Shown here: piece after piece, positions 18,807 to 27,747 of the stretch
Layout: the number at the start of each line of letters is the position of its first letter
Position numbering within the stretch: the first letter of the stretch is position 1
NCBI GenBank assembly: GCA_002385625.1
Contig: DGDV01000039.1
Span: 52,564 to 116,563 of the forward strand
Origin: Firmicutes bacterium UBA3943
GTDB taxonomy: Bacteria > Bacillota > UBA4882 > UBA10575 > UBA3943
Direction: 5' to 3'
DNA length: 64,000 bases
Notes under the pieces: generated by a model
Seen by the model: only the letters and a program-made list of their open reading frames with translations
Told to the model about the DNA's origin: nothing
Database searches by the model: none
Made by a program: the position numbers and the translations under genes

Positions 18807-19275
18807 GTTTCTACTCCTTTCCGGTGGCGCCGTGTATTAATAAATAATAATTTTTGAAGAAAGTGCGTTGTTGGGTTGGGGACATGTGACATAACAGTTA
18901 ACATAAAATCATCTTCTCTACCGGGCTGGTGATTCCTTTCTGTAAATCTTGTGTCCTTTTCCGGTTTTCGGTAAGGCAAGCACAGTGCCTGTTACATACA
19001 AGATAAAACCAGCTTTAAGCTGGAACTATGTCTGTAATGCCTTAATGTAATTTTAAGTTAACAAGCAGGAAGTATAAAGCAGTAAATTATGGACAAACCG
19101 TTACTTTCTTACGGTGGCTCAGGACTGCCGGAGGATGGGCGATACCCCGTTGCTATGCCCGTTTTTGGCCCGGCGGCAAAAAGGAAACCAAGATCTACGG
19201 GATGGCGGGACACGGCAGGAATTCTTATTATGGTATGGAATAAAACAAGCTTGGAAGAGAGGGAGAGGTGCCGCA

Positions 19276-20493
19276 GTGAAAACAGAGTATTCCGTCACTG
19301 AACTTACCCGCTATTTGGCGTCCCTAATCACGGGAGATCCGGTGTTACAGGGTGTTTGGGTCCGGGGGGAGATCTCCAATTTCACCCGCCATACCTCCGG
19401 GCATATGTATTTTACCCTCAAAGACGATGCGGCACGGATCCGGGCGGTGATGTTCCGGGGGCAAAACCGTACCTTGCGGTTTACTCCGGAGAATGGCATG
19501 CTGGTTTTGGCCTTTGGTTCCGTGGGAGTATATGAGCGTAATGGTGATTACCAAATTTATGTAGAGATGTTGGAGCCGGTTGGACAAGGCTCTTTAAACC
19601 TCGCCTTTGAACAGCTAAAAGAGAAGCTGGGCAAAGAGGGGCTGTTTGCACCGGAACGAAAACGCCCCTTGCCCCGCTTGCCCCAAAAGGTGGCCTTGAT
19701 TACCTCGCCGACGGGCGCCGCTGTGCGCGACCTCATCAATATCCTGCGCCGCCGCCGTCCTAACTTGGATATTCTATTGATCCCCGCCCTGGTGCAGGGG
19801 GAAGAAGCGCCGGAGAGCCTGGTGGCAGCGCTGGGCACCGCAGGGCAGATCAGCGATTTGGACCTGGTGATCATCGGCCGGGGCGGCGGTTCCTTGGAAG
19901 AACTGTGGGCTTTTAACGACGAAAGGGTGGCCCGGGCGATTGCTGCTTCATCCCATCCGGTGATTTCCGCCGTGGGCCATGAAACCGACTTTACCATTGC
20001 GGATTTTGTGGCGGATTTGCGGGCGCCTACGCCGTCGGCTGCCGCTGAATTGGCGGTGCCGGACCAAAACGAGTTAACCCGGGACGTTCTTGCCTTGCGG
20101 GAACGCTTGTCCCGTGCGGCCAGGCGTTACCAGGCGCAAAAAAGTGCAGAGTTAAACCGGCTGGCCAACTCGGTGGTATTGACGCGGCCGGAAAGATGGC
20201 TCAATCCCATGCGCCAACGGCTGGATGAAGCCGAGGGACGGTTGCGCCGGATTCTGCCCCGTATATTGCAGGAACGACAGCTGGTCTTCGGCAATCTGAT
20301 AGGGAAACTCAATGCCCTCAGTCCTTTGGCCACTTTGGCCAGGGGTTACAGCATTACACGACGTATTGCCGACGGGGCTTTTGTTTCCGACAGTGAGATG
20401 GTGGAAATCGGTGAAGAGGTTGCCGTCAGGTTGGCCCGGGGTGAACTGATCTGTCGGGTTGAGCAATGTAAAAAGGAGGCAGAACTGGTTTGA
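19276..20493 (+). CDS. xseA: Exodeoxyribonuclease VII large subunit
   Basis: VKTEYSVTELTRYLASLI...VWVRGEISNF...HMYFTLKD OB-fold N-terminus. GTG 19276 follows GGGAGAGG. The track start 19114 is an extension. Confidence 0.9.
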   Translation: MKTEYSVTELTRYLASLITGDPVLQGVWVRGEISNFTRHTSGHMYFTLKDDAARIRAVMFRGQNRTLRFTPENGMLVLAFGSVGVYERNGDYQIYVEMLEPVGQGSLNLAFEQLKEKLGKEGLFAPERKRPLPRLPQKVALITSPTGAAVRDLINILRRRRPNLDILLIPALVQGEEAPESLVAALGTAGQISDLDLVIIGRGGGSLEELWAFNDERVARAIAASSHPVISAVGHETDFTIADFVADLRAPTPSAAAELAVPDQNELTRDVLALRERLSRAARRYQAQKSAELNRLANSVVLTRPERWLNPMRQRLDEAEGRLRRILPRILQERQLVFGNLIGKLNALSPLATLARGYSITRRIADGAFVSDSEMVEIGEEVAVRLARGELICRVEQCKKEAELV

Positions 20494-20759
20494 CGGAAAA
20501 AGCCAAGACCAAGGCCGAAAAGACCGAACAGAGTTTTGAAGAGGCCATGCAAAGGTTGGAAGAGATCGTGACCCGCCTGGAAGGTGGGACTACCGCCCTG
20601 GAGGAAAGCCTGCAATTATTTGAAGAAGGAGCGGCCTTGGCCCGGTATTGCCAGGAGAAGCTGCAAGCGGCCCAAGGCAGATTGGATATTTTGTTGCGCC
20701 GGGATGAAGAGGGAGTTGTGACCGAACCCTTTCAACTGCAACTTGAGGAGGAAGCCTAG
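20490..20759 (+). CDS. xseB: Exodeoxyribonuclease VII small subunit
   Basis: SFEEAMQRLEEIVTRLEGG..ALEESLQLFEEG signature; overlaps the xseA stop. Confidence 0.85.
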   Translation: MTEKAKTKAEKTEQSFEEAMQRLEEIVTRLEGGTTALEESLQLFEEGAALARYCQEKLQAAQGRLDILLRRDEEGVVTEPFQLQLEEEA

Positions 20760-20761
20760 TT

Positions 20762-21658
20762 TTGAAGATTGCTGATTATATTGATGGTTACGACCGGTAC
20801 CGGCAATGGATTGAGGAGGGGTTGGACCGCTATCTACCCCAGGCGAACACGCTACCTGCTTCATTGCACCAATCCATGCGGTATAGCGCCTGCGGGGGCG
20901 GGAAACGTTTACGGGGCGTCTGTTGCCTGCTGGCAGCGGAACTGTTTAATTCCGACCCCGCTGGTGTGCTCCCCATGGCCTGCGCCTTGGAGATGGTCCA
21001 TGCTTATTCGTTGATCCATGATGATTTGCCCTGTATGGACGATGACGATCTGCGCAGGGGAAAACCCACCAATCACAAGGTTTTTGGCGAAGCTGTCGCG
21101 CTGATGGCGGGGAATGCCTTGTTGACCTTAGCCGTTGAGACGGTTTTGACACGGACGCCCCGGGCGATTCCCCGGGAAAGGCTGCTGGCAGCCCTGCAGG
21201 AGCTGGTGGTTGCCGCAGGACCCCAGGGCATGCTGGGCGGACAAGTTTTGGACCTGGCGGCGCAAGGCCGGCGGATCACCTATGAGGAATTGAAAGAGAT
21301 CCACCGGCGGAAGACCGGCGCCCTTATTTTGGCCTCGATCCGGACCGGTGCTCTTTTAAGCGGTGCAGCCGACGATGATCTGCAGGCTCTGACGGAGTAT
21401 GGGACTGCCCTGGGGTTGGCTTTTCAGATCACCGACGACCTGTTGGACGTGACCGGTTCCACGCAGGAACTGGGCAAACCCGTCGGTAGTGACCGACGTA
21501 ATGAAAAGGCTACTTATCCGGCGCTTTTCGGGGTCGAACAATCCCTGGCGATGGCGAAAGAAGAAACGGAAAAAGCCGGGCGGGCACTGGACCGGTTCGG
21601 TGAGCGGGCAACCGCCCTCCGCCGGCTGGCAACTTATGTCTTGGTCAGGAAACAATAA
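20762..21658 (+). CDS. ispA: Farnesyl/geranylgeranyl diphosphate synthase
   Basis: First and second Asp-rich motifs LIHDDLPCMDDDDLRRG and FQITDDLLD. Confidence 0.9.
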   Translation: MKIADYIDGYDRYRQWIEEGLDRYLPQANTLPASLHQSMRYSACGGGKRLRGVCCLLAAELFNSDPAGVLPMACALEMVHAYSLIHDDLPCMDDDDLRRGKPTNHKVFGEAVALMAGNALLTLAVETVLTRTPRAIPRERLLAALQELVVAAGPQGMLGGQVLDLAAQGRRITYEELKEIHRRKTGALILASIRTGALLSGAADDDLQALTEYGTALGLAFQITDDLLDVTGSTQELGKPVGSDRRNEKATYPALFGVEQSLAMAKEETEKAGRALDRFGERATALRRLATYVLVRKQ

Positions 21659-21751
21659 GGTTAACCCAATCTTCAACCGACTTTAGTTAATCTTTGCTTG
21701 ACCAAGTACTAGCCGGTGCTTATTATTGAAATTAACCCCTGACAAAAGAAG

Positions 21752-22201
21752 GTGAAGAATATTATCGGAGAATTTCGTTACAACCAAGTGTTCTGGGTCT
21801 CCTTCACCGCTTGGTTTGTGGCCCAGACCTTAAAAGGAATCTTATGTTTTATCAAAACAGGGAAGATTGATTTTCGCCGCTTTGTCGGTGCCGGCGGGAT
21901 GCCCAGTTCCCACTCGGCCTTTGTCTCGGCTCTGGCCTTTGGTATTGGGGAGATGGAGGGCTGGTCATCGCCGGTGACCGCCTTGGCCCTGGTCTTTGCG
22001 TTTATTGTTATGTACGATGCGGCGGGGGTTCGTTTGGCTGCTAGCAAACAGGCGGCTTCCCTCAATAAATTGGTGGATGAACTCTTTGAAGAAGGCGAAT
22101 TTCACCAGGAGCGGCTGAAGGAGTTATTGGGGCATACGCCGGTGGAGGTCTTTTGCGGGGCTTTGCTTGGGGTTGTTATCAGCGCTTTGCTGTTACGTTG
22201 A
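21752..22201 (+). CDS. Divergent PAP2 family membrane protein (DUF212)
   Basis: GGMPSSHSAFVSALA and MYDAAGVR motifs. Confidence 0.8.
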   Translation: MKNIIGEFRYNQVFWVSFTAWFVAQTLKGILCFIKTGKIDFRRFVGAGGMPSSHSAFVSALAFGIGEMEGWSSPVTALALVFAFIVMYDAAGVRLAASKQAASLNKLVDELFEEGEFHQERLKELLGHTPVEVFCGALLGVVISALLLR

Positions 22202-22284
22202 AGACAGGCCATTTATAAACCGGCCTGATCCGGCCTTGTTCCTGACAATTATGGTAAATAATGCCTGATGTGGGTAGAGGATCA

Positions 22285-22314
22285 TTGTCCCCGCCGGAAT
22301 AATTATGGTATAAT
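22285..22314 (+). promoter_or_regulatory. Putative sigma-A promoter with extended -10 in front of the OLE region
   Basis: TTGTCC (22285-22290), an 18-nt spacer, then TGgTATAAT (22306-22314). Confidence 0.45.
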
Positions 22315-22319
22315 GAAGG

Positions 22320-22940
22320 GGACTGGGATGGTGTAGTATTCTAGTCGGGACCCCTTTTTCGAAGACGGGCCTAAAAATCCGTTAAGGGCACATCGATGAA
22401 GTCCCTGGTGCTGGCTGCCGACGCCCAGTCGGGGGCTGGTGCTGGGGGTTAAGGTGGATGGGGCGATCTGCAATGGCATGCAGGCGTTGACCCTACCACC
22501 GCGGAGACCCAAGTTCGTGGGGAACTTGCGTGAACTACGGCTTGGGGTGGAACCTGCATTCGGTACGGTAACTTTTACTTAGTGTCGATGCAGTGTAGCC
22601 TGCCTTGAGTGAAAGGGGGGGATAGCGGGTGTCAAGCTTAAATCCCTGAAGGCCTGGGGATTTTGGCTCTTTGCCGCTTGAAACCCATTTTGCAAAAGAG
22701 GCTAGGAAAAGCGGGAACCGTTGAGGAAAACTCCTAGACTATTCGCTTCGGCGACATCCGTTGGGGATTGCAGTGTGGTCTAAGTGGTAATCCAGTCTTC
22801 TTTTCGGCAACGAAAGAAAGTGGCCTGAGAGGGAAACCGTCAAGACGGCAACGTCTTGGAGGCCATTGGGAAAACCTACTGGACCTAAGCCACAATTTTT
22901 CCCCAGCTGATGACCATCCCATATCATTATGTCATTTAAG
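22320..22940 (+). ncRNA. ole: OLE (ornate, large, extremophilic) RNA; ends approximate
   Basis: ~620 nt without a credible ORF. Tetraloop hairpins at 22418-22432, 22743-22754 (UUCG), 22802-22815 (GCAA) and 22841-22858 (GCAA). Sits in the characteristic xseAB-ispA-[ole]-oapA-dxs context. Confidence 0.7.
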
Positions 22941-22953
22941 TTGCGTTGGAGGA

Positions 22954-23565
22954 ATGAAAAGCGTGTCGAATCTGCGTCAGGCCTGTAGAACCGGTATCCT
23001 GACCTTTTTTTTATCTATCATCGTCTCTTCGCTCTCGCGAGTGTGGGCATCCACCTTTATCTTTTATTATTCGATCATTCCGCTGTTTTTGGTGATCGGG
23101 GTGGGGATCCTCTTTGACATTGTCGGTACAGCGGTAACAGCAGCCAATGAAACACCCTTGCACGCGATGGCCGCAGATAAAGTCTTCGGTGCCAAACAAG
23201 CCATTTGGTTGGTGCGTCGCGCCGACCGGGTGGCTAATTTTTGCAATGATGTGGTAGGGGATATTTGCGGTACGGCCAGCGGTGGTTTGACCGCTGTGTT
23301 GGTATATGAGTTGGTGACACGTAGCCAGGGCTTAAACATGGATATAGTTAATGTCATCAGTTTGGGACTGGTGGCGGCGCTGACCGTCGGCGGCAAGGCC
23401 TGGGGAAAGAGCACTGCCATTAATAGGGCGGACCAGATTGTCTTCAAAGTTGGACAAGCCTTGGCAACCTGGGATAGGTTTACCGGGAGAAGGCATGAGA
23501 CTGATCGGAAGGGGAAAAATACACATTCTCAGAAGAGAAATGCTTCACGGAAGCGGGGTTCTTGA
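22954..23565 (+). CDS. oapA: OLE-associated protein A-like small 4-TM membrane protein
   Basis: GGAGGA RBS directly before ATG 22954. About 4 predicted TM helices; lies immediately downstream of the OLE region and overlaps the dxs start. The track ORF start 22768 runs into the RNA and is rejected. Confidence 0.65.
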   Translation: MKSVSNLRQACRTGILTFFLSIIVSSLSRVWASTFIFYYSIIPLFLVIGVGILFDIVGTAVTAANETPLHAMAADKVFGAKQAIWLVRRADRVANFCNDVVGDICGTASGGLTAVLVYELVTRSQGLNMDIVNVISLGLVAALTVGGKAWGKSTAINRADQIVFKVGQALATWDRFTGRRHETDRKGKNTHSQKRNASRKRGS

Positions 23566-25463
23566 TGGATCGGATACTGGACAAACTAAACCTGCCGGAA
23601 GACTTAAAAAAATTATCGAATAAAGAGTTGACAGCCCTTGCTGGGGAGCTGCGGGAGATTATCATCAATACCGTGGCCCACAACGGGGGGCATTTAGCTT
23701 CAAGCCTGGGTGTAGTGGAATTAACCCTGGCCTTACATGCGGTCTTAAATAGCCCCGAGGACCACATCCTGTGGGATGTGGGGCATCAGGCCTATGTACA
23801 TAAATTGTTAACCGGTCGTCTGGAGCGTTTTCATACTCTAAGGCAATGGGGAGGTCTGAGCGGTTTTCCCAGGGCCGATGAGAGCCCTCATGATCTTTTT
23901 ACCTCCGGCCACAGTTCCACATCCATTTCCGCTGCGGTGGGTTTGGCCAAGGCCCGGGATATCCAGGGACGTAAAAACCGGATTGTGGCTGTGATCGGTG
24001 ACGGTTCCATGACCGGCGGCCTTGCTTTTGAGGCGTTGAACCACGGGGGCCAACTCCAGACTGATTTGGTGGTAGTCCTTAATGACAATGAGATGTCCAT
24101 CTCACCGAACGTGGGGGCGCTTACCGCCTATTTGAACCGCTTGCGGACAAAGCCTCAGGTTTATCGGTTGAAAAAGACCATTGGGGATATTGTGTCCCAG
24201 ATTCCCAAAGTGGGTAAATCTGCCATTCATTATTTGGAGAAGTTGAACGATAGTTTAACCTACTTGTTCATTCCTGGTGTTGTCTTTGAGGAACTGGGCT
24301 TTACTTACTTGGGCCCGGTGGACGGCCACAATATTGCACTCTTGAAGCGGACTTTGCAAGATGCCTTTGATCATGGAGGACCCGTTCTGATTCATGCCAT
24401 CACCAAAAAAGGGAAGGGTTACGAACCGGCCGAAGCAGAGCCTTGCCGCTTTCACAGCACAACCCCCTTTGACCGTGAGACCGGGCAACCCTATAGAACA
24501 CCTAAGAACGCCACTTATACCCAGGTTTTTGGCGATACCATGGTGGAATTGGCCAAAGAACACCCACAGTTGGTGGCTATTACCGCCGCCATGCCGGAGG
24601 GCACCGGTTTGAACCGGTTTTCGGAGGAATTTCCGGATCGCTTTTTTGATGTAGGCATTGCCGAATCCCATGCGGTAACCATGGCGGCTGGCCTGGCTCG
24701 TGGCGGGATGCGGCCGGTGGTGGCGGTCTATTCGACTTTCTTCCAACGGGCCTATGATCAGGTAGTCCACGATGTCTGCCTCCAGAACCTTCCCGTGGTT
24801 TTTTGCTTGGATCGGGCCGGGGTGGTTGGGGAAGACGGCCCCACCCACCACGGGGTATTTGACATTGCCTACCTGCGTCACCTGCCGAATATGGCAATTT
24901 TGGCTCCGAAGGACGAAGGAGAGTTTCGGCAGATGCTTCGGACGGTCATCAATCATGACGGCCCAGCGGCCATCCGCTATCCCCGGGGTGAGGGGGAAGG
25001 CCTGCCGCTGGACCGGGAGTTTACGGAGCTGCCCTGGGGTAAAGGGGAGGTATTGGCCACCGGCGATCAAGTATTAATCCTTGCTATCGGTAATATGGTG
25101 GCACCCGCCAGGCAGGCGGCGGCCACCTTGGCGCGCAGGGGTATTGCCTGCAGCCTTGTTAATCCACGATTTATCAAGCCCCTGGACAAGGAACTCCTCC
25201 TGCCGCTGGCCCGGAAGATCCAACGTGTGGTTACAGTTGAAGACCATGTGCTGGCGGGTGGGTTTGGTGCTGCCGTCCTCGAGCTGCTGAGTGAGGAAGG
25301 TCTATCCGAGGTCCAAGTGGAACGCATTGGTTATCCCGATTGCTTCCTGCCCCACGGGTCAACCGCCGACTTACACCGGGCCTATGGCTTGACGGAGGAA
25401 AACATTGTCCGGACGGTGATGGCCCTGGCGGCCCCTGAACGCAAAATAAAAAGTGCCAAGTAA
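23565..25463 (+). CDS. dxs: 1-deoxy-D-xylulose-5-phosphate synthase
   Basis: GGHLASSLGVVELT, DVGHQAY and GDGSMTGG (TPP) motifs; full length. Confidence 0.95.
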   Translation: MDRILDKLNLPEDLKKLSNKELTALAGELREIIINTVAHNGGHLASSLGVVELTLALHAVLNSPEDHILWDVGHQAYVHKLLTGRLERFHTLRQWGGLSGFPRADESPHDLFTSGHSSTSISAAVGLAKARDIQGRKNRIVAVIGDGSMTGGLAFEALNHGGQLQTDLVVVLNDNEMSISPNVGALTAYLNRLRTKPQVYRLKKTIGDIVSQIPKVGKSAIHYLEKLNDSLTYLFIPGVVFEELGFTYLGPVDGHNIALLKRTLQDAFDHGGPVLIHAITKKGKGYEPAEAEPCRFHSTTPFDRETGQPYRTPKNATYTQVFGDTMVELAKEHPQLVAITAAMPEGTGLNRFSEEFPDRFFDVGIAESHAVTMAAGLARGGMRPVVAVYSTFFQRAYDQVVHDVCLQNLPVVFCLDRAGVVGEDGPTHHGVFDIAYLRHLPNMAILAPKDEGEFRQMLRTVINHDGPAAIRYPRGEGEGLPLDREFTELPWGKGEVLATGDQVLILAIGNMVAPARQAAATLARRGIACSLVNPRFIKPLDKELLLPLARKIQRVVTVEDHVLAGGFGAAVLELLSEEGLSEVQVERIGYPDCFLPHGSTADLHRAYGLTEENIVRTVMALAAPERKIKSAK

Positions 25464-25557
25464 AACCGGGAAGATAGGGTAAAAACAGTAAAAATTGTTA
25501 TCATGAAACATATTCCTTGACAATGTTATTTTTTCACCATTTGTAATTCAGCGTAGC

Positions 25558-25588
25558 AAAGAGCCGGTCCGGGTGGCTCTTTTCTTCT
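25558..25588 (+). terminator. Rho-independent terminator after dxs
   Basis: AAAGAGCC...GGCTCTTT stem followed by TCTTCT. Confidence 0.65.
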
Positions 25589-25753
25589 GCACCTTGGTTG
25601 TCTGTACGCCTGTACGCTTAAACAGGTTAAATCGGTCCAAAGAGTGCTGTACGGCAATGCCCTATTTAGGAAGGATAATGACCAACCGATAAAATTATAT
25701 ATAGAAAAATTGATATTGATATTGCATTTTAATTTGAGATGGGAGTGTTGAAG

Positions 25754-27607
25754 ATGCGGAAGAATTTATACCTATTGCTGTTCCTCGTTTTTGTACTGTT
25801 TTCGGTTCTGCCGACTGGGACTGCCGATTCTTCCTTTGGCTTTGTGACCATTGCCAAGGAGGGAGATTTTATTGATATCGATGCGGAGACCATTAAGTTC
25901 TTATTCAAAGTTCCGGCCGGTACCGATGTCACGTTTTTGCTGGGCGAAAGCCCGGAGACGCTGAAACCGGTTAAAAGCATCCGCAATTATGACCACAAAA
26001 ACGGGCTGCGGATTGGCAACTTGCAAGCAGGGAAGAAATACTATTACCAGATTCAAGCAACAAACGGCGGGGAGAGTAAAACCAGTGAAGTGTTCTCTTT
26101 TGTTAAATTGAATTTCGCCCGCCGGGCGAAGATGGCGGAATGGGCACGGACAAGCGTCTTTTATCAAGTCTTTGTACGCAGTTTTTATGACGGAAAAGGT
26201 GAGGACGGCATTGGTGACTTCCAGGGACTGAAGAAGAAACTGGGTTACATAAAAAGCCTTGGCGCAGACGGCATCTGGTTGTTGCCGATCTTTGATTCTC
26301 CCAGTTACCATGGGTATGATGTGGTTGACTACCTGAAGATTGACCCGGATTATGGAACCATGAAGGATTTCCAAGAGTTTTTAGCGGAAGCCCATAAGCT
26401 GGGGATTAAAGTGATTTTGGACCTGCCTGTTAATCATACCTCCGTTCAACATCCCTGGTTTGAAGAGTCGGCTAGTGACAAGTATGGGGAGAAACGGGAC
26501 TATTATGTTTGGGCGGATCTGATGGATGACCGGACGGTTCGGGGCCCATGGGGCCAGAATACTATCTGGTATAACAAGAATGGTGATTACTATACAGCGC
26601 TATTTTGGAACGGCATGCCTGATTTGAATCTGCGCAATCCCAAAGTACGGCAGGAGATTAAAGAGATTGCCCGATTTTGGCTGGACCCCAACGGTGACGG
26701 CGATACCAGTGACGGTGTGGATGGGTTCCGCTTGGATGCGGCGCTACATATTGATCATATCGACCAGGAAGTAACGCTTAAATGGTGGCAAGAGTTTGAT
26801 AGTTATGTGAAATCCATCAACCCCAATGCATATTTGGTCGGGGAAGTCTGGACCGCCCCTGATAAGATCGCACCTTTCCTGCAAAGTATGGACAGCACGT
26901 TGAATTTCAACATTGCACCCAAGATTTTTGTGGCCTCCGGCGGGGGATTCAGCTACGATCTGGCTGCAGAGGTCAATGCCATGTACGACGAGTATCGGAA
27001 GTACAACAAAGACTTTATGGATGCTACCTTCTTGACTAATCATGACCAGAACCGGGTTGCTTCAATGTTCCGCGGGAACATCAACCGGCTCAAAATGATC
27101 ACTTCAATCTTTCTGACCTTGCCCGGAACCCCCTTTATCTATTACGGTGAAGAGCTCGGGCAACAAGGCAAAAAACCCGATGAATGCCTCCGGGAACCCA
27201 TGGATTGGTATGCGTCGGCCCAGGGCCCCGGCATGACCGATATGAGCAAGTGGACCTATGTGAAAAGTATGTACACCAAACCCGGGGACGGCATCTCCGT
27301 GGAAGAACAGGAGAATGATGAAAACAGCCTCTTGAATCACTATCGAAGGCTCATCCGGATCCGGAAGGAGAACCCGTTGCTGTTTGTAGGGAATCTTAAG
27401 AATATCAATCTTCCTTCGTTGACTGCCTATGAGGTTTCCGGCAAGGGCTATGATTATGTACTCCAGGTGATCCACAACGGGAACGCCCAGGCGAAGACCA
27501 TTAGCGTTCAACCCGGTGCTGTGGAGCTCATCTCCGGGCAGAAGATTACCGGTGAACAACTGGAAATTGCCCCGTTTAGCTCGGTTATTTTGAAGATCAC
27601 CAAATAA
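25754..27607 (+). CDS. Secreted GH13 alpha-amylase family glycosidase
   Basis: Signal peptide MRKNLYLLLFLVFVLFSVLPTGTA. GH13 regions DGIWLLPIF, GFRLDAALH, GEVW and FLTNHDQNR. N-terminal Fn3-like module. Confidence 0.85.
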   Translation: MRKNLYLLLFLVFVLFSVLPTGTADSSFGFVTIAKEGDFIDIDAETIKFLFKVPAGTDVTFLLGESPETLKPVKSIRNYDHKNGLRIGNLQAGKKYYYQIQATNGGESKTSEVFSFVKLNFARRAKMAEWARTSVFYQVFVRSFYDGKGEDGIGDFQGLKKKLGYIKSLGADGIWLLPIFDSPSYHGYDVVDYLKIDPDYGTMKDFQEFLAEAHKLGIKVILDLPVNHTSVQHPWFEESASDKYGEKRDYYVWADLMDDRTVRGPWGQNTIWYNKNGDYYTALFWNGMPDLNLRNPKVRQEIKEIARFWLDPNGDGDTSDGVDGFRLDAALHIDHIDQEVTLKWWQEFDSYVKSINPNAYLVGEVWTAPDKIAPFLQSMDSTLNFNIAPKIFVASGGGFSYDLAAEVNAMYDEYRKYNKDFMDATFLTNHDQNRVASMFRGNINRLKMITSIFLTLPGTPFIYYGEELGQQGKKPDECLREPMDWYASAQGPGMTDMSKWTYVKSMYTKPGDGISVEEQENDENSLLNHYRRLIRIRKENPLLFVGNLKNINLPSLTAYEVSGKGYDYVLQVIHNGNAQAKTISVQPGAVELISGQKITGEQLEIAPFSSVILKITK

Positions 27608-27630
27608 GCTGAAGATCTTATGAGTTTTTC

Positions 27631-27653
27631 GCCGCCTCCGGGCGGCTTTTTTA
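27631..27653 (+). terminator. Rho-independent terminator
   Basis: GCCGCC-TCCG-GGCGGC followed by TTTTTT. Confidence 0.8.
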
Positions 27654-27747
27654 TTATTCTCCAGCGGTAGGAAAATAAAGAAAAGTTCAGAATATATATA
27701 ATCAAATAATTTATGGTAATATAACAGAAGGGGCGTTGGATTAAGCC

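Noticed and set aside
19114-19275. 54-codon N-terminal extension of xseA
   Set aside because: The canonical XseA N-terminus (VKTEYSVTELT...) starts at GTG 19276 behind GGGAGAGG. The extension is Arg/Gly-rich and unlike XseA.
22303-22927. Three 62-69-aa minus-strand ORFs inside the 22.3-22.9 kb region
   Set aside because: They overlap each other, lack RBSs and have low-complexity content, consistent with chance ORFs in a GC-balanced RNA gene.
22300-22950. Alternative identities for the structured region: RNase P RNA, tmRNA, SRP RNA, riboswitch, group I/II intron
   Set aside because: I could not find the signature motifs: GAGGAAAGTCC for RNase P, a tRNA-like 3' end with a tag ORF for tmRNA, the SRP domain IV motif, or intron-encoded ORF and domain V. 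The region is too long for known riboswitches. Size and gene context fit OLE RNA better.
22768-22953. Upstream extension of the oapA-like ORF (265-aa call)
   Set aside because: No RBS, non-membrane-like Arg/Gly-rich sequence, and overlap with GNRA/UUCG hairpins of the structured RNA. ATG 22954 has GGAGGA directly upstream.
24255-25070. 271-aa minus-strand ORF inside dxs
   Set aside because: It is antisense to a highly conserved gene, with shadow-ORF composition.
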